Assembly: GCA_050250665.1 (NCBI GenBank)
Contig: JBFWOF010000019.1
Coordinates: 10,455 to 74,454 of the forward strand
DNA from: Lysobacterales bacterium
GTDB lineage: Bacteria; Pseudomonadota; Gammaproteobacteria; Xanthomonadales; SZUA-5
Reading direction: 5' to 3'
DNA: 64,000 nt
The translations under genes and the position numbers were made by a program. The notes below the pieces were generated by a model. That model saw nothing but the letters and a program-made list of their open reading frames with translations. It did not search any database and was not told the DNA's origin. Below are positions 41,302 through 50,419 of this stretch, piece by piece. How positions within the stretch are numbered: position 1 is the stretch's first letter; each line of letters opens with the position of its first letter.

Positions 41302-42855
41302 TCAGTGTCTGGGCAGACCCCGATTGTGGATGTGCGCCAGCAGCTCGCGATTGCCTGGCAGCGCCGCCAGCATACGTCTGGACAGACTGGCCGCCTCGCG
41401 AAAGGCGCGGTCGGCCCGCTCGGGCTGATCCGAGTGCCGCGGTGCCAGATTGGCATCGGGCCTGAAGCCCATACCGTACAGCACGTACTGGTAGCTGGCC
41501 GAGGGGAACATCTCGTCCACCCGATGCAGGTCGTAACGCGAAGGCGACTGCTGCCGCCACAGCGCCAGCTGTGCGCGCAAACGCTCAGGCACCGATTCCG
41601 GGCGGCAGTTGTCGCGCCAGTAGTCCGAGTCGCTGCGCTGGGTCAGCACATAGTGCAGCTTCAGAAAATCGATCACCCGACTCCAGCGGTAACTGAAGGC
41701 ATCGTTGAAGCGCTCTGCGACGATGTCCATGCGCTCGCGCGTGGCCGGCAACTGGTCGCAGATCATGGCGGCCGACAATTCCACCAGGGCCAGGGCCGAA
41801 GCTTCCAGCGGTTCGATGAAGCCCGAGGACAAACCCACCGCCACACAGTTGCGGTGCCAGAAGCGCTGTCGGTAGCCGGGCTGGAAGCTCAGCTTGCGCG
41901 GGCTGGGACATTCGACCCCGCCGCCATGGGCTGCCACATAGCGGCGCAACTCGGCTTCGGCGGCTTCGTCGGAGATGTGCGCACTCGAATAGACATGGCC
42001 GATGCCACGTCGGGTGGGCAGGCCGATATCCCAGATCCAGCCGCTGCTCTGGGCGGTGGAGATCGTATGCGAGGCGATCGGACTGTCGGGCTGCGGGTAC
42101 GGTAGCTGCAGGGCCAGCGCCGAGTCGTTGAACAGCACCTGTTTCTGATCGATCAGGCCGACGCCGTAATGCTGCCCCAGCAGCAGCGAGCGCAATCCGG
42201 TGCAGTCGATGTAGAGATCACCGGCGAGCGCACCATGCTCGCGGGTCTGCACCGAGGCGATATCGCCGTTCTCGGCGGCATTCACGGCCACCATGTGATC
42301 CGGAACGTGTCGTACGCCCAGCTGCTCGACGCAGTGCCTGCGCAGGAACAGGCCGAACTTGCCGGCGTCGAGGTGGTAGGCGTAGTTGGCGACCGCCGCA
42401 TACTCCGGCGTCTGTGCCTGCTTGGGGGCCTTGCCGGCGGCGCACAGATGCGGCTGAAAGCTGACCAGATCGGCAAACGGCACCTGGGCATGATGGCGCA
42501 GCCATTCGGCGACCAGATTGGCCTCGCCATAGCCCTGCGGCAACACGAAAGGATGGAAGTAGTAGTCATTGGGCTGGCCATTGACCCAGCCGATGAACTG
42601 CGAGCCCTGCTTGAAAGCAGCATCGCACTCGCGGAAAAAAGCACTCTCGGACACGCCGATCCGGCTCAGCGTGTCGCGCATCGTCGGCCAGGTGCCCTCG
42701 CCGACCCCGATGGGCGGCACCTCGGGCGATTCCAGCAGGCTCACCTGCAAACCGCCACCGGCGGCGCGGCCGTGCTCTGCGGCAAGGACGGCAGCGGTCA
42801 GCCAGCCGGCAGAACCGCCGCCGACGATGACCACATGGTTGATGGCAGCACTCAC
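41302..42855 (-). CDS. tryptophan-halogenase-family flavoprotein (paralog 2)
   Basis: 517 aa. VGGGSAGWLTAA. GVGEGTWP. DAAFKQGSQFIGW. GWIWDIGLP (deviant WxWxIP). GFIEPLEASA. Confidence 0.9.
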   Translation of the reverse strand: MSAAINHVVIVGGGSAGWLTAAVLAAEHGRAAGGGLQVSLLESPEVPPIGVGEGTWPTMRDTLSRIGVSESAFFRECDAAFKQGSQFIGWVNGQPNDYYFHPFVLPQGYGEANLVAEWLRHHAQVPFADLVSFQPHLCAAGKAPKQAQTPEYAAVANYAYHLDAGKFGLFLRRHCVEQLGVRHVPDHMVAVNAAENGDIASVQTREHGALAGDLYIDCTGLRSLLLGQHYGVGLIDQKQVLFNDSALALQLPYPQPDSPIASHTISTAQSSGWIWDIGLPTRRGIGHVYSSAHISDEAAEAELRRYVAAHGGGVECPSPRKLSFQPGYRQRFWHRNCVAVGLSSGFIEPLEASALALVELSAAMICDQLPATRERMDIVAERFNDAFSYRWSRVIDFLKLHYVLTQRSDSDYWRDNCRPESVPERLRAQLALWRQQSPSRYDLHRVDEMFPSASYQYVLYGMGFRPDANLAPRHSDQPERADRAFREAASLSRRMLAALPGNRELLAHIHNRGLPRH

Positions 42856-42932
42856 CGTTTTGCTCTCACCCGAGTTTCCAGGCCTGGTCGTTCAGAGTGT
42901 AGTTTGTCGCTCCGATCCAGACCGTGACGACC

Positions 42933-43007
42933 CTGTGGGAGCGGGCTTTGCCCGCGATCATCCGCGGATAACCGAGCACCGATCGCGGGCAAAGCCCGCT
43001 CCCACAG
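42933..43007. repeat. REPIN (family I): CTGTGGGAGCGGGCTTTGCCCGCGAT and its inverted copy
   Basis: 42933-42958 and 42982-43007 are perfect inverted copies. Lies between the receptor gene and the downstream halogenase-like gene. Confidence 0.9.
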
Positions 43008-43102
43008 GTGTGCGTTGCACAAAAGAGAAAGCCGCTGAATCAGCGGCCTTCTCCGCTGCCTGATTGTTCAATCATGCAGCACTTTCCGCAAAGCTTCCCG
43101 GA

Positions 43103-46093
43103 TCAGAACTTGTAGCGGAAGCCAACCATATAGCGAGGGCCGGTCTGGGTCACGTACAGCACCTGATTCTGGGTGCGGCCGTGCAGGCGCTGAATTTCGT
43201 CGGTGAGATTGATGCCCTCGAACTGGAAGGACAATTGATCGCTCCATTGGTAGCCGACATTCATGTCCCACTGACCATAAGCTTCGGTGTAGACCGGATT
43301 GGGCAGTCCGCTGCCATCGAAACGACCGGCCAGGAACTCGTCACGCCAGTTGTAGGCCAGGCGCACTGACCAGCCGTATTTCTCGTAGAAGCCCACCAGA
43401 TTGGCGGAATCGCTGACGCCTTCCAGCGCGAACTGTTCGCCGCGGTTGTAGTTGTCGTAATCCAGGCTGGAGTCGACCATGGTGTAGTTGGCCGAAACAC
43501 CGAAGCCGGTTTCGCCGAAGACGTGCTGGATGTTGAATTCCCAGCCGTCCAGCGAAGCCGAGCGCTGGTTGGCCGGTGTGGTGATGCGGAAGGTGGCGAT
43601 CGGATCCCCCGGCTGCCCGGCGATGGTGCCGGTGCGGTTGCCATTGGCATCGTCCGGACCGCGCACAACGCCCGGATCACCGGCGTGATTGTCGAAGATG
43701 TAGTTGCGGATGCAGGTGATGTCGGACGTCGCACAGCCATTGGCAACCGCTTCCGAGAAGTACACGCCGCCGGCCGGCGTATTCAGGTCAAAGGGCGTAG
43801 CCGCGATGGTGGTCACACCGATGTAGTTGTCGATGTTCTTGCGGAAATAGCCGAGCGACATGTAGCTGGATTCACCGTAGTACCACTCGAAGGAGACGTC
43901 GAAGTTCTCCGACTCGAGCGGTTTCAGTCCCGGGTTGCCCTGGGCGCCGCTGCCGCCGTCGATACGCGCGAGCTGGTTCAGCGTCTGGCCTCCCTGGATA
44001 TCACCCCAGCCTGGTCGACCGATGCTTTGGCCGTAGCTGAAGCGCAGGATGGTGTCGGCCGTGGTCTCGATCGACAGATCCAGATTCGGCAGCGTGTACT
44101 GATAGTCGCCCTTGAGCGTGGTGTAGTCGGGATCTCCGAACTGCACGGCGAATTCGTTGTTCGACACCCAGAGGATGCCGGTGGCGGTCGGCACCAGTGC
44201 CGTCGAGGTGACATCGGTCTTCTCGAAGCGCACGCCGGCATTCAGATTCACCGGCATGGCGGTGTCGAAGGTGGTGCTGTACTGCAGATAGGCACTCTTC
44301 GATTTCTCTTCCACGCGGCGATCGGTGGTGAACACATCCGAGCGCAGATAGAGCGACTCGTCGCCGGCCGCTGCCGCTGCCAGCTGCCGCACCGTTTCGA
44401 AGTCGAAGGTGAAGAACTGACCGAAGAGATCAGGACTGCCGCCGCCGTTGATGGCGTCGAAATAGTTGCCCATGTTGTCCAGACGCCAGATGCTGTCCGG
44501 GTAGTCGTCTACGCTGGTGGCGCCGCCCCAGGTGTCGCGCTGCACGTTGGAAAAGGCGGTGCGATTCTTGACCGTAGTGGCGCTGACGCCGAAGTCCAGG
44601 CGCGAGGCTTCGGCAAATTCGAAGTGGCCGCGAATCTGGCCCTGGTCGACTTCAGACTTCATGTAGCTGTTGCGGAAGCTGGAACCGGTCACCAGCATGC
44701 CGGCAGGGTCGATGGTGGTCATGCCCGGCGGCAAGGCGACACTCAACACCGGAAAATCGCGGGTGAAGTCGACCGAAGTCGTGCCGCGGAAGAAGCCGGC
44801 GGTACCGAGAACGGCATTCGAGCCGTAGGGGCTGTCGGCGCCGGTTTCTGCCTGCGAGCTGTGGACATCGAATTCCAGGCCCAGGCTGTCGCTGACTTCC
44901 CACTCGACATTGAAGCCGATCGAGTCGTTTTCGCTCTTGGTGGCGAACTCGGCACCGGCCATGGCCAGATCGCTGTTGGCCGGATTGATGGTTTCCGAAT
45001 AGAAGTTCGGGCCCGCCACCGGACCATCGGTCCAGGAGCTGGCGGATGGACCGTAGTTGAACCACACCGACAACTCGTTGCGCTGCTGCTGGATCTTGTT
45101 CTGCGAGTAGGTGTAGTCGAGCGTGGTCGTGACCGTATCCGAGGGGGCGAACTGGAGCGTCAACTGGCCATTGGTGCGTTGGCGCTTCAGACCATTGACG
45201 CTGTACAGCAGGTTCTGCGGCACCGAGTAGGTATCGGTGGGATCAGGCCGATTGATGATGTTCTCCGAGCCCGGCGTACCCGGCTGCGGAATCGTGCCCC
45301 AGTTGTTCTCGTCACCGGCGAAGGCGCGCCAGCCGCCCGGCACGGCAGCCTGGTTGTAGCCGAGGTCGCGCTCCTGATAGCTGCCCGTCAGCGCGATGCC
45401 GAAGCGGCCATCCTCACTGGTGTTGCTGAAGATGCCGGAAATCTCGGGGGTGAAGTCACTGCCCTGCAGCGAATCCGGCAGATTGCCGTTGGAGGTGTCG
45501 TGCACGCCCTTGACGCCGACATTGGCACGGAAACCCGGCGCTTCGAGCGGCTTGGCGGTCTTGATGTTGATGGTCGCGCCGATACCGCCGGTGGGGGTTG
45601 CTGCGCGTCCGGTCTTGTAGACCTCGACTTCGGCGATGGCTTCCGAAGCCAGATTGGCGAAGTCAAAGGCACGCGAGTTGCTGGGGCCGGTTTCGCCGAT
45701 GCTGGATCCCGGCATCTGACGGCCATTGAGCAGCACCAGATTGAAGTCGGGGCCAACGCCACGCACCGTGACCCGTGAGCCCTCACCGTTGGAGCGGTCG
45801 ATCGACACGCCGGTGATGCGCTGCAGCGATTCGGCCAGATTGGTGTCCGGGAACTTGCCGATGTCCTCGGCGACGATGCCATCGACCACACCGGTCGAGT
45901 CGCGCTTGAGGTTCATCGACGAGGTCATGCTGCCGCGAATACCCTTGACCACGATCTCGTCGAGTTCGGCCGCCTGCTTGGCCTCATCGTTGTCCGCATC
46001 GACGTTCTGGGCATGGCCCGATTGACTCGCCAGGGCCAGCAGAAGGGCGGCAGTCAGCAACCGCTGCTTCGGAAATGGGTGCGTTTGCTTCAT
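43103..46093 (-). CDS. TonB-dependent outer-membrane receptor
   Basis: Signal peptide MKQTHPF...ALASQSGHAQ. TonB-box/plug region DEIVVKGIR...VDGIVAEDIGKFPDTNLAESLQRITGVSI. C-terminal beta-barrel ending YMVGFRYKF. The ORF opens at 46114. Confidence 0.93.
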   Translation of the reverse strand: MKQTHPFPKQRLLTAALLLALASQSGHAQNVDADNDEAKQAAELDEIVVKGIRGSMTSSMNLKRDSTGVVDGIVAEDIGKFPDTNLAESLQRITGVSIDRSNGEGSRVTVRGVGPDFNLVLLNGRQMPGSSIGETGPSNSRAFDFANLASEAIAEVEVYKTGRAATPTGGIGATINIKTAKPLEAPGFRANVGVKGVHDTSNGNLPDSLQGSDFTPEISGIFSNTSEDGRFGIALTGSYQERDLGYNQAAVPGGWRAFAGDENNWGTIPQPGTPGSENIINRPDPTDTYSVPQNLLYSVNGLKRQRTNGQLTLQFAPSDTVTTTLDYTYSQNKIQQQRNELSVWFNYGPSASSWTDGPVAGPNFYSETINPANSDLAMAGAEFATKSENDSIGFNVEWEVSDSLGLEFDVHSSQAETGADSPYGSNAVLGTAGFFRGTTSVDFTRDFPVLSVALPPGMTTIDPAGMLVTGSSFRNSYMKSEVDQGQIRGHFEFAEASRLDFGVSATTVKNRTAFSNVQRDTWGGATSVDDYPDSIWRLDNMGNYFDAINGGGSPDLFGQFFTFDFETVRQLAAAAAGDESLYLRSDVFTTDRRVEEKSKSAYLQYSTTFDTAMPVNLNAGVRFEKTDVTSTALVPTATGILWVSNNEFAVQFGDPDYTTLKGDYQYTLPNLDLSIETTADTILRFSYGQSIGRPGWGDIQGGQTLNQLARIDGGSGAQGNPGLKPLESENFDVSFEWYYGESSYMSLGYFRKNIDNYIGVTTIAATPFDLNTPAGGVYFSEAVANGCATSDITCIRNYIFDNHAGDPGVVRGPDDANGNRTGTIAGQPGDPIATFRITTPANQRSASLDGWEFNIQHVFGETGFGVSANYTMVDSSLDYDNYNRGEQFALEGVSDSANLVGFYEKYGWSVRLAYNWRDEFLAGRFDGSGLPNPVYTEAYGQWDMNVGYQWSDQLSFQFEGINLTDEIQRLHGRTQNQVLYVTQTGPRYMVGFRYKF

Positions 46094-46186
46094 GGACTCT
46101 CCCTCCAGGGACATTCACAGACGACGGGTGGACAGACGCGGACGACAGCAGGTCCGACGCCAGGTGGGTGGGCATTGCACGATGAA

Positions 46187-46202
46187 TTGACAGCGTTGTC
46201 AA
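46187..46202. promoter_or_regulatory. LacI-family operator candidate TTGACAGCGTTGTCAA (upstream of the receptor gene)
   Basis: The 14-mer core TGACAGCGTTGTCA is palindromic at 6/7 pairs around a central CG. Identical 16-mer at 48941. Lies 94 nt upstream of ATG 46093. Confidence 0.65.
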
Positions 46203-46276
46203 TCGTTAATGGACAATTCAGGCTTGCTTTCATGCAGGATCAGGCCCGGGATCGGATAAACGGTAGCGTTGGCACG

Positions 46277-48856
46277 TCACTGAGCCGCATCGCAGCTGAG
46301 CACGAGGTCGTGTTCGGTCGACAGCGCCAGCCCCGAGAAGGACAGCGACAGCGGGGCGCTGGTGCGCAACTCGGCCAGGCGCTCGATGCGCGACAGATCG
46401 GCGCCGGCGCGCTGGAAGCAGGACAAGGGCACCGCCAGACGCGTCCATGTGGACAGCGGCAGCTCGGCCAGCGTTGCATCCAGCGACACCGCTCCCGAGC
46501 AGGCATCGCCGCAGCCCAGAGACAGGCTGACCGGCGCCTCGGGCTTGCTGTCCAGTCGCAGGCTGAGCACCAGCATGGCCCCGGCCTGGGCCTCACGACT
46601 GAGATCCTGCGGCGCGGCCGCCTGCAGCCAGAAGCGACTTTCGCCACCGCTCTTCCATTGCAGGCGGCGGGCATCTTCCTGGGCCTTGTGATCTGCCGCA
46701 GCGACCGTCAGATGTTGCGCCAGATCACCACTGGGCAGCGCCGACAACGGAGCGCCGTCGGCATTGGCGTCGGCGATCATCATCGTCCAGCCCGGCGCCG
46801 CTTTGCCCTGACCAAAATACAGACCCGGTTGCTGATCGAGATTGGCCAGACCCGATTGCTCGGACAGCAGCTCCAGTTCGGAGCCCTGGGCATAGCTGAG
46901 TCCGTAGCCCAATGCGAACTGGGGGTCATAACAGCTCTGGCCTTGATTGGGCGGTGTCTGCACCGCCGAACGCGGCCACGAGAAGGACAGCCGTCCGCTG
47001 AAATCGTGGGCAATCTCGCCCGCCGGTGTGCGGAACAGCAGGTCGGCGATGCCGCCGCCTTCCGATCCCGGCAACCAGGCGGCGACGAAGGCATCGGCAC
47101 TGTTGATCTCGCGATTGACCCACAATGGCCGGCCCGACAGGAACACCGCCACCACCGGGATGCCGTCGGCCTTGAGCCGGCGCATCAGGGCCAGATCGTC
47201 GGCCTGTCCGGGCTGATAGGCCAGCGCCGGGATGTCACCGATGAACTCGGCATAGGGATCCTCACCGAAGACCACAATGCCGACGTCGGGTCGCTCGCTG
47301 TAGTCGCCAGCCACTGACAGCTGGCTCCGCCCGCCGCCGGCTGCAACCGCAGCCTGGATGCCGTCCCAGATGGATTCGGCATTGGGAAAATCAGCGGGCG
47401 TCACGCCGGTGCCCTGCCAGCTCAGCGTCCAACCGCCGGCCTGCTTGCCGATGTTGTCGGCGCCATTGCCGGCTACCAGGACTCGGCTGTCCGCTGACAG
47501 CGGCAGCAGGCCGCCATTGTTCTTCAGCAATACCAGCGACTGGCGCACGGCGGACCGGGCCAGCGCCCGGTGTTCGCTGCTGCCCAGCTGTTCGAAGTGA
47601 CCACCGAGGGCACGTGCCGAGGGAGCGCCAGCATCGAACAGGCCGAGACGGAACTTGACGCGCAGGATGCGCGAGACCGCATCGTCCAGCCGTTCCATCG
47701 GGATCGTCCCGTCGCGCACCTGGGCCAGGGTGTTGTGGTACAGGGCCTTCCAGGTATCAGGCGCCATGTACATGTCCAGACCCGCCATGAGTGCGGCCGG
47801 ACAACTCTCGTTGCTGCAGCCACTGACCTCGCCGTGGCCATTCCAGTCACCGACCACAAATCCGTCAAAACCCAGACGCTCCTTCAACACGCCGGTCAGC
47901 AGGCTGCGATTGCCATGCATCTTCTCGCCGTTCCAGCTGGAGAAGGACGCCATGACGGTCTGGGTGCCGGCCTTCAGCGCCTCGATGTGTCCGGCGCCGT
48001 GGATGTCGCGCAATTCGACTTCGGAGACGCGGGTATCGCCCTTGTCCTTGCCGCCGTGGGTGCCACCGTCGCCGATGAAGTGCTTGGCCGAGGCCAGCAC
48101 GTGGCTGGCGTCGAGAAACTCAGGCGAACCGACCTTGCCCTGCAGACCCTCGACCACCGCGGTGGCATAGCTGGCGACCAGCGCCGGATCTTCCGAATAG
48201 CCTTCATAGGTGCGACCCCAGCGGTCATCACGGGGCACCGTGACCGTAGGCGCGAAGGTCCACTCGAAGCCGGTGGTGCGCAATTCGATGGCGGTGGCCT
48301 GCGCGATCCGGGCCAGCAGCTCCGGATCGTGGGCGGCGCCGAGTCCGATGTTGTGCGGGAACAGCGTGGCGCCGACCACATTGTTGTGGCCGTGGACGGC
48401 ATCGATGCCCAGCAGCACCGGGATCGCCTTGCCGCCGCGACTGGTGTCCATCGAGGCCTGATAGAAGGCGTCGGCCAGCGCCAGCCATTCGGCCGGCGTC
48501 GCGTTGTAGCGTCCGCCCGGATCGGAATTGCCGCCGGCCAGCACCGAGCCCAGCCGGTATTCGAGCAGGTCCGCCGGGGTGACGCTGCCGAGGTCGCCCT
48601 GGATGATCTGGCCGACCTTTTCCTCCACCGTCATCGTCTCCAGCAGCTCGCGAACCTGCGCTTCGATACCGGCATCGTTGGCGATGGGCGAAGTCAGCGC
48701 CGGCCAGCGCGAGGGATCGGCGACCGAAGACGTTGCCGTGGTGTCGGCGAAGGCGGCGCTGCCGAGCGCCAGAGACAGCATCCATGCAAGACCGATGTGC
48801 GTCGTGCCGCGGGTATACGGAAACCTGGTCGCAGCGACTGCGATCGCGCTGTGCAT
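46277..48856 (-). CDS. periplasmic glycoside hydrolase family 3 (beta-glucosidase / exo-beta-glucanase)
   Basis: 859 aa. Signal peptide. GH3 motifs GIDAVHGHNN, KHFIGDGGT, GFVVGDWNG (nucleophile Asp context). C-terminal extra beta-sandwich domain. Confidence 0.92.
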   Translation of the reverse strand: MHSAIAVAATRFPYTRGTTHIGLAWMLSLALGSAAFADTTATSSVADPSRWPALTSPIANDAGIEAQVRELLETMTVEEKVGQIIQGDLGSVTPADLLEYRLGSVLAGGNSDPGGRYNATPAEWLALADAFYQASMDTSRGGKAIPVLLGIDAVHGHNNVVGATLFPHNIGLGAAHDPELLARIAQATAIELRTTGFEWTFAPTVTVPRDDRWGRTYEGYSEDPALVASYATAVVEGLQGKVGSPEFLDASHVLASAKHFIGDGGTHGGKDKGDTRVSEVELRDIHGAGHIEALKAGTQTVMASFSSWNGEKMHGNRSLLTGVLKERLGFDGFVVGDWNGHGEVSGCSNESCPAALMAGLDMYMAPDTWKALYHNTLAQVRDGTIPMERLDDAVSRILRVKFRLGLFDAGAPSARALGGHFEQLGSSEHRALARSAVRQSLVLLKNNGGLLPLSADSRVLVAGNGADNIGKQAGGWTLSWQGTGVTPADFPNAESIWDGIQAAVAAGGGRSQLSVAGDYSERPDVGIVVFGEDPYAEFIGDIPALAYQPGQADDLALMRRLKADGIPVVAVFLSGRPLWVNREINSADAFVAAWLPGSEGGGIADLLFRTPAGEIAHDFSGRLSFSWPRSAVQTPPNQGQSCYDPQFALGYGLSYAQGSELELLSEQSGLANLDQQPGLYFGQGKAAPGWTMMIADANADGAPLSALPSGDLAQHLTVAAADHKAQEDARRLQWKSGGESRFWLQAAAPQDLSREAQAGAMLVLSLRLDSKPEAPVSLSLGCGDACSGAVSLDATLAELPLSTWTRLAVPLSCFQRAGADLSRIERLAELRTSAPLSLSFSGLALSTEHDLVLSCDAAQ

Positions 48857-48940
48857 GAATCTCCCTCCCCGGACATTCGCGACGGATCGGCCACCGCAAG
48901 GCGGATGGTCGATCGTTGAGGCGGAATTAATACGCGCTTG

Positions 48941-48956
48941 TTGACAGCGTTGTCAA
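48941..48956. promoter_or_regulatory. LacI-family operator candidate TTGACAGCGTTGTCAA (GH3 / glk divergent region)
   Basis: Identical to the site at 46187-46202. Confidence 0.65.
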
Positions 48957-49113
48957 CGATCGGATTTACTCGGGCCAGTCAATTCACGGCAGGCAGCGGC
49001 GGGGTACAGACCGCCTATCCCCGGCATTGCACCCCGATGGCGAGCGCTCGCTGGCCACTCGGGTGCAGTGTCGTCCTCGGACATCCAGGATTCCCGCACC
49101 CGACCATGACACC

Positions 49114-50118
49114 ATGAGCGCTCACCTCGTCCTGCTGGCCGATATCGGCGGCACCAATGCCCGCTTCGCACTGGGCAACCCAACGCGCTCGGCGCCGCTG
49201 CTGCTGGACAGCGTGCGGCAGAGGGTGGCAGCGGAGTTCCCCACGCTGGTGGCTGCCGCGCAGCACTATCTGGCGGCGGTCGGTGTGCCCGGACGGGATC
49301 TGCGCGCCGGCGTGTTTGCGGTGGCAGGTCGGGTCGACGGCGATACGGCGCAGATTACCAATCACCCCTGGCTGATATCGGCCGCCGATACCGCCCGGGC
49401 ACTGGCGGTCGATACGCTGACGCTGATCAACGATTTCACCGCCCAGGCGCTGGCGACGGAACTGCTGGTGGAAGCTGACCTCGCGCCCATCGGCCGGTCG
49501 CTGCTGCGGCCACGGGCATCGGCCTCGCGCAGCCATGCGGTACTGGGTCCGGGCACCGGTCTCGGGGTCAGCGCGCTGATGGTCCGCGATGGTCGCAGCT
49601 TCGCACTGGAAACCGAGGGCGGCCATGTCGGCTTTGCTCCGTCCAGCACCGAGGAGGCGCAGGTACTCGACATTCTCGCCCGGCAGTTTGGTCGGGTCTC
49701 CAATGAGCGTTTGCTCAGCGGTGGCGGCCTGGTCAACCTCCATGGCGCGCTGCACCGAATCAGCCACGGACAGCCGCCGCCGGTCGCCCTCGCCCCCGAG
49801 GACGTCACCGCGGGTGCCGGCAAGGGTGACCCGCTATGCCTGCGCGCAGTGCAGATGTTCTGCGAAGTGTTCGGGAGCGTCGCTGGCGATCTGGTACTGA
49901 CGCTGGGTGCCTGGGACGGCGCATACCTTTGCGGCGGCCTGGTGCCGAAGTTGCTGCCGCAGCTGCAGGCTTCGGCCTTCCGCGAGCGCTTCGAAGCCAA
50001 GGGCCGCTTCCGTGCAGCGATGGCCCAGGTACCCACGCTGGCGGTGCTGCATCCCCACGCCGGTCTGCTGGGTGCCGCCGCAGCGGCGCTCAGGCCGGCA
50101 CTGCGGTCGGCCGCCTGA
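49114..50118 (+). CDS. glk: glucokinase
   Basis: MSAHLVLLADIGGTNARFAL, LINDFTAQA, GPGTGLG, EGGH. The ORF opens at 49027; ATG 49114 matches the Glk N-terminus. Confidence 0.92.
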   Translation: MSAHLVLLADIGGTNARFALGNPTRSAPLLLDSVRQRVAAEFPTLVAAAQHYLAAVGVPGRDLRAGVFAVAGRVDGDTAQITNHPWLISAADTARALAVDTLTLINDFTAQALATELLVEADLAPIGRSLLRPRASASRSHAVLGPGTGLGVSALMVRDGRSFALETEGGHVGFAPSSTEEAQVLDILARQFGRVSNERLLSGGGLVNLHGALHRISHGQPPPVALAPEDVTAGAGKGDPLCLRAVQMFCEVFGSVAGDLVLTLGAWDGAYLCGGLVPKLLPQLQASAFRERFEAKGRFRAAMAQVPTLAVLHPHAGLLGAAAAALRPALRSAA

Positions 50119-50197
50119 GCGGCGAGCCCGAGTCTGGGCAGCAACCCTGTGGGAGTCCCGGTCGCCCCTGGCGGTGCGCTTATTCGCGCAACAAACT

Positions 50198-50294
50198 GGG
50201 GCGAGGGGCAGGGGGCAGGGGCCCAAGCTCGCGGCATGGTCAGATCGTGCGGCGGAGTGGGTCCCCTGCCCCCTGCCCCCTGCCGCCTTTTTTT
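50198..50294 (+). terminator. long G/C-tract hairpin followed by T7 (intrinsic terminator for glk; G-quadruplex-capable arms)
   Basis: GGGGCGAGGGGCAGGGGGCAGGGGCC (50198-50223) pairs with GGGTCCCCTGCCCCCTGCCCCCTGCC (from 50259). A run of 7 T follows (50288-50294). Lies between convergent genes. Confidence 0.6.
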
Positions 50295-50419
50295 CAGCAG
50301 TAAAAGCATTGGCTTACAACATGCTTGGTGAGAGCAGTTTCCTCCGCGATCGCAGCACCTCAAACCTGTCGGGACTTTGATCGCGGGCAGAGCCCGCTGC
50401 CACAGCGGCCCATTTCGCG

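Noticed and set aside
41258-41560. The N-terminal 101 codons of the 337-aa SapC ORF.
   Set aside because: They overlap the 3' end of the upstream halogenase-like gene and have an Arg/Ala/Gly-rich shadow composition. SapC similarity begins at MARHQLLNN (ATG 41257).
38048-42855. The initial idea that the TBDR-linked Trp-halogenase homologs had lost the catalytic lysine and so were pseudo-enzymes.
   Set aside because: On re-reading, both carry a Lys in the F/Y-K-x-x-I/S-x-F-x-x-W context and an EPLE motif. From my memory of RebH/PrnA, these correspond to the catalytic Lys and Glu. The loss-of-function claim is not supported.
50321-50345. A 13-nt match (CAACATGCTTGGT) to the conserved core of the Mn riboswitch at 55527-55539, which could hint at a second riboswitch.
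   Set aside because: None of the other conserved blocks (GGGGAGTAG, AGACCTTTGA) are nearby. Back-of-envelope, a 13-mer coincidence is expected by chance many times when 64 kb is compared with itself on both strands.
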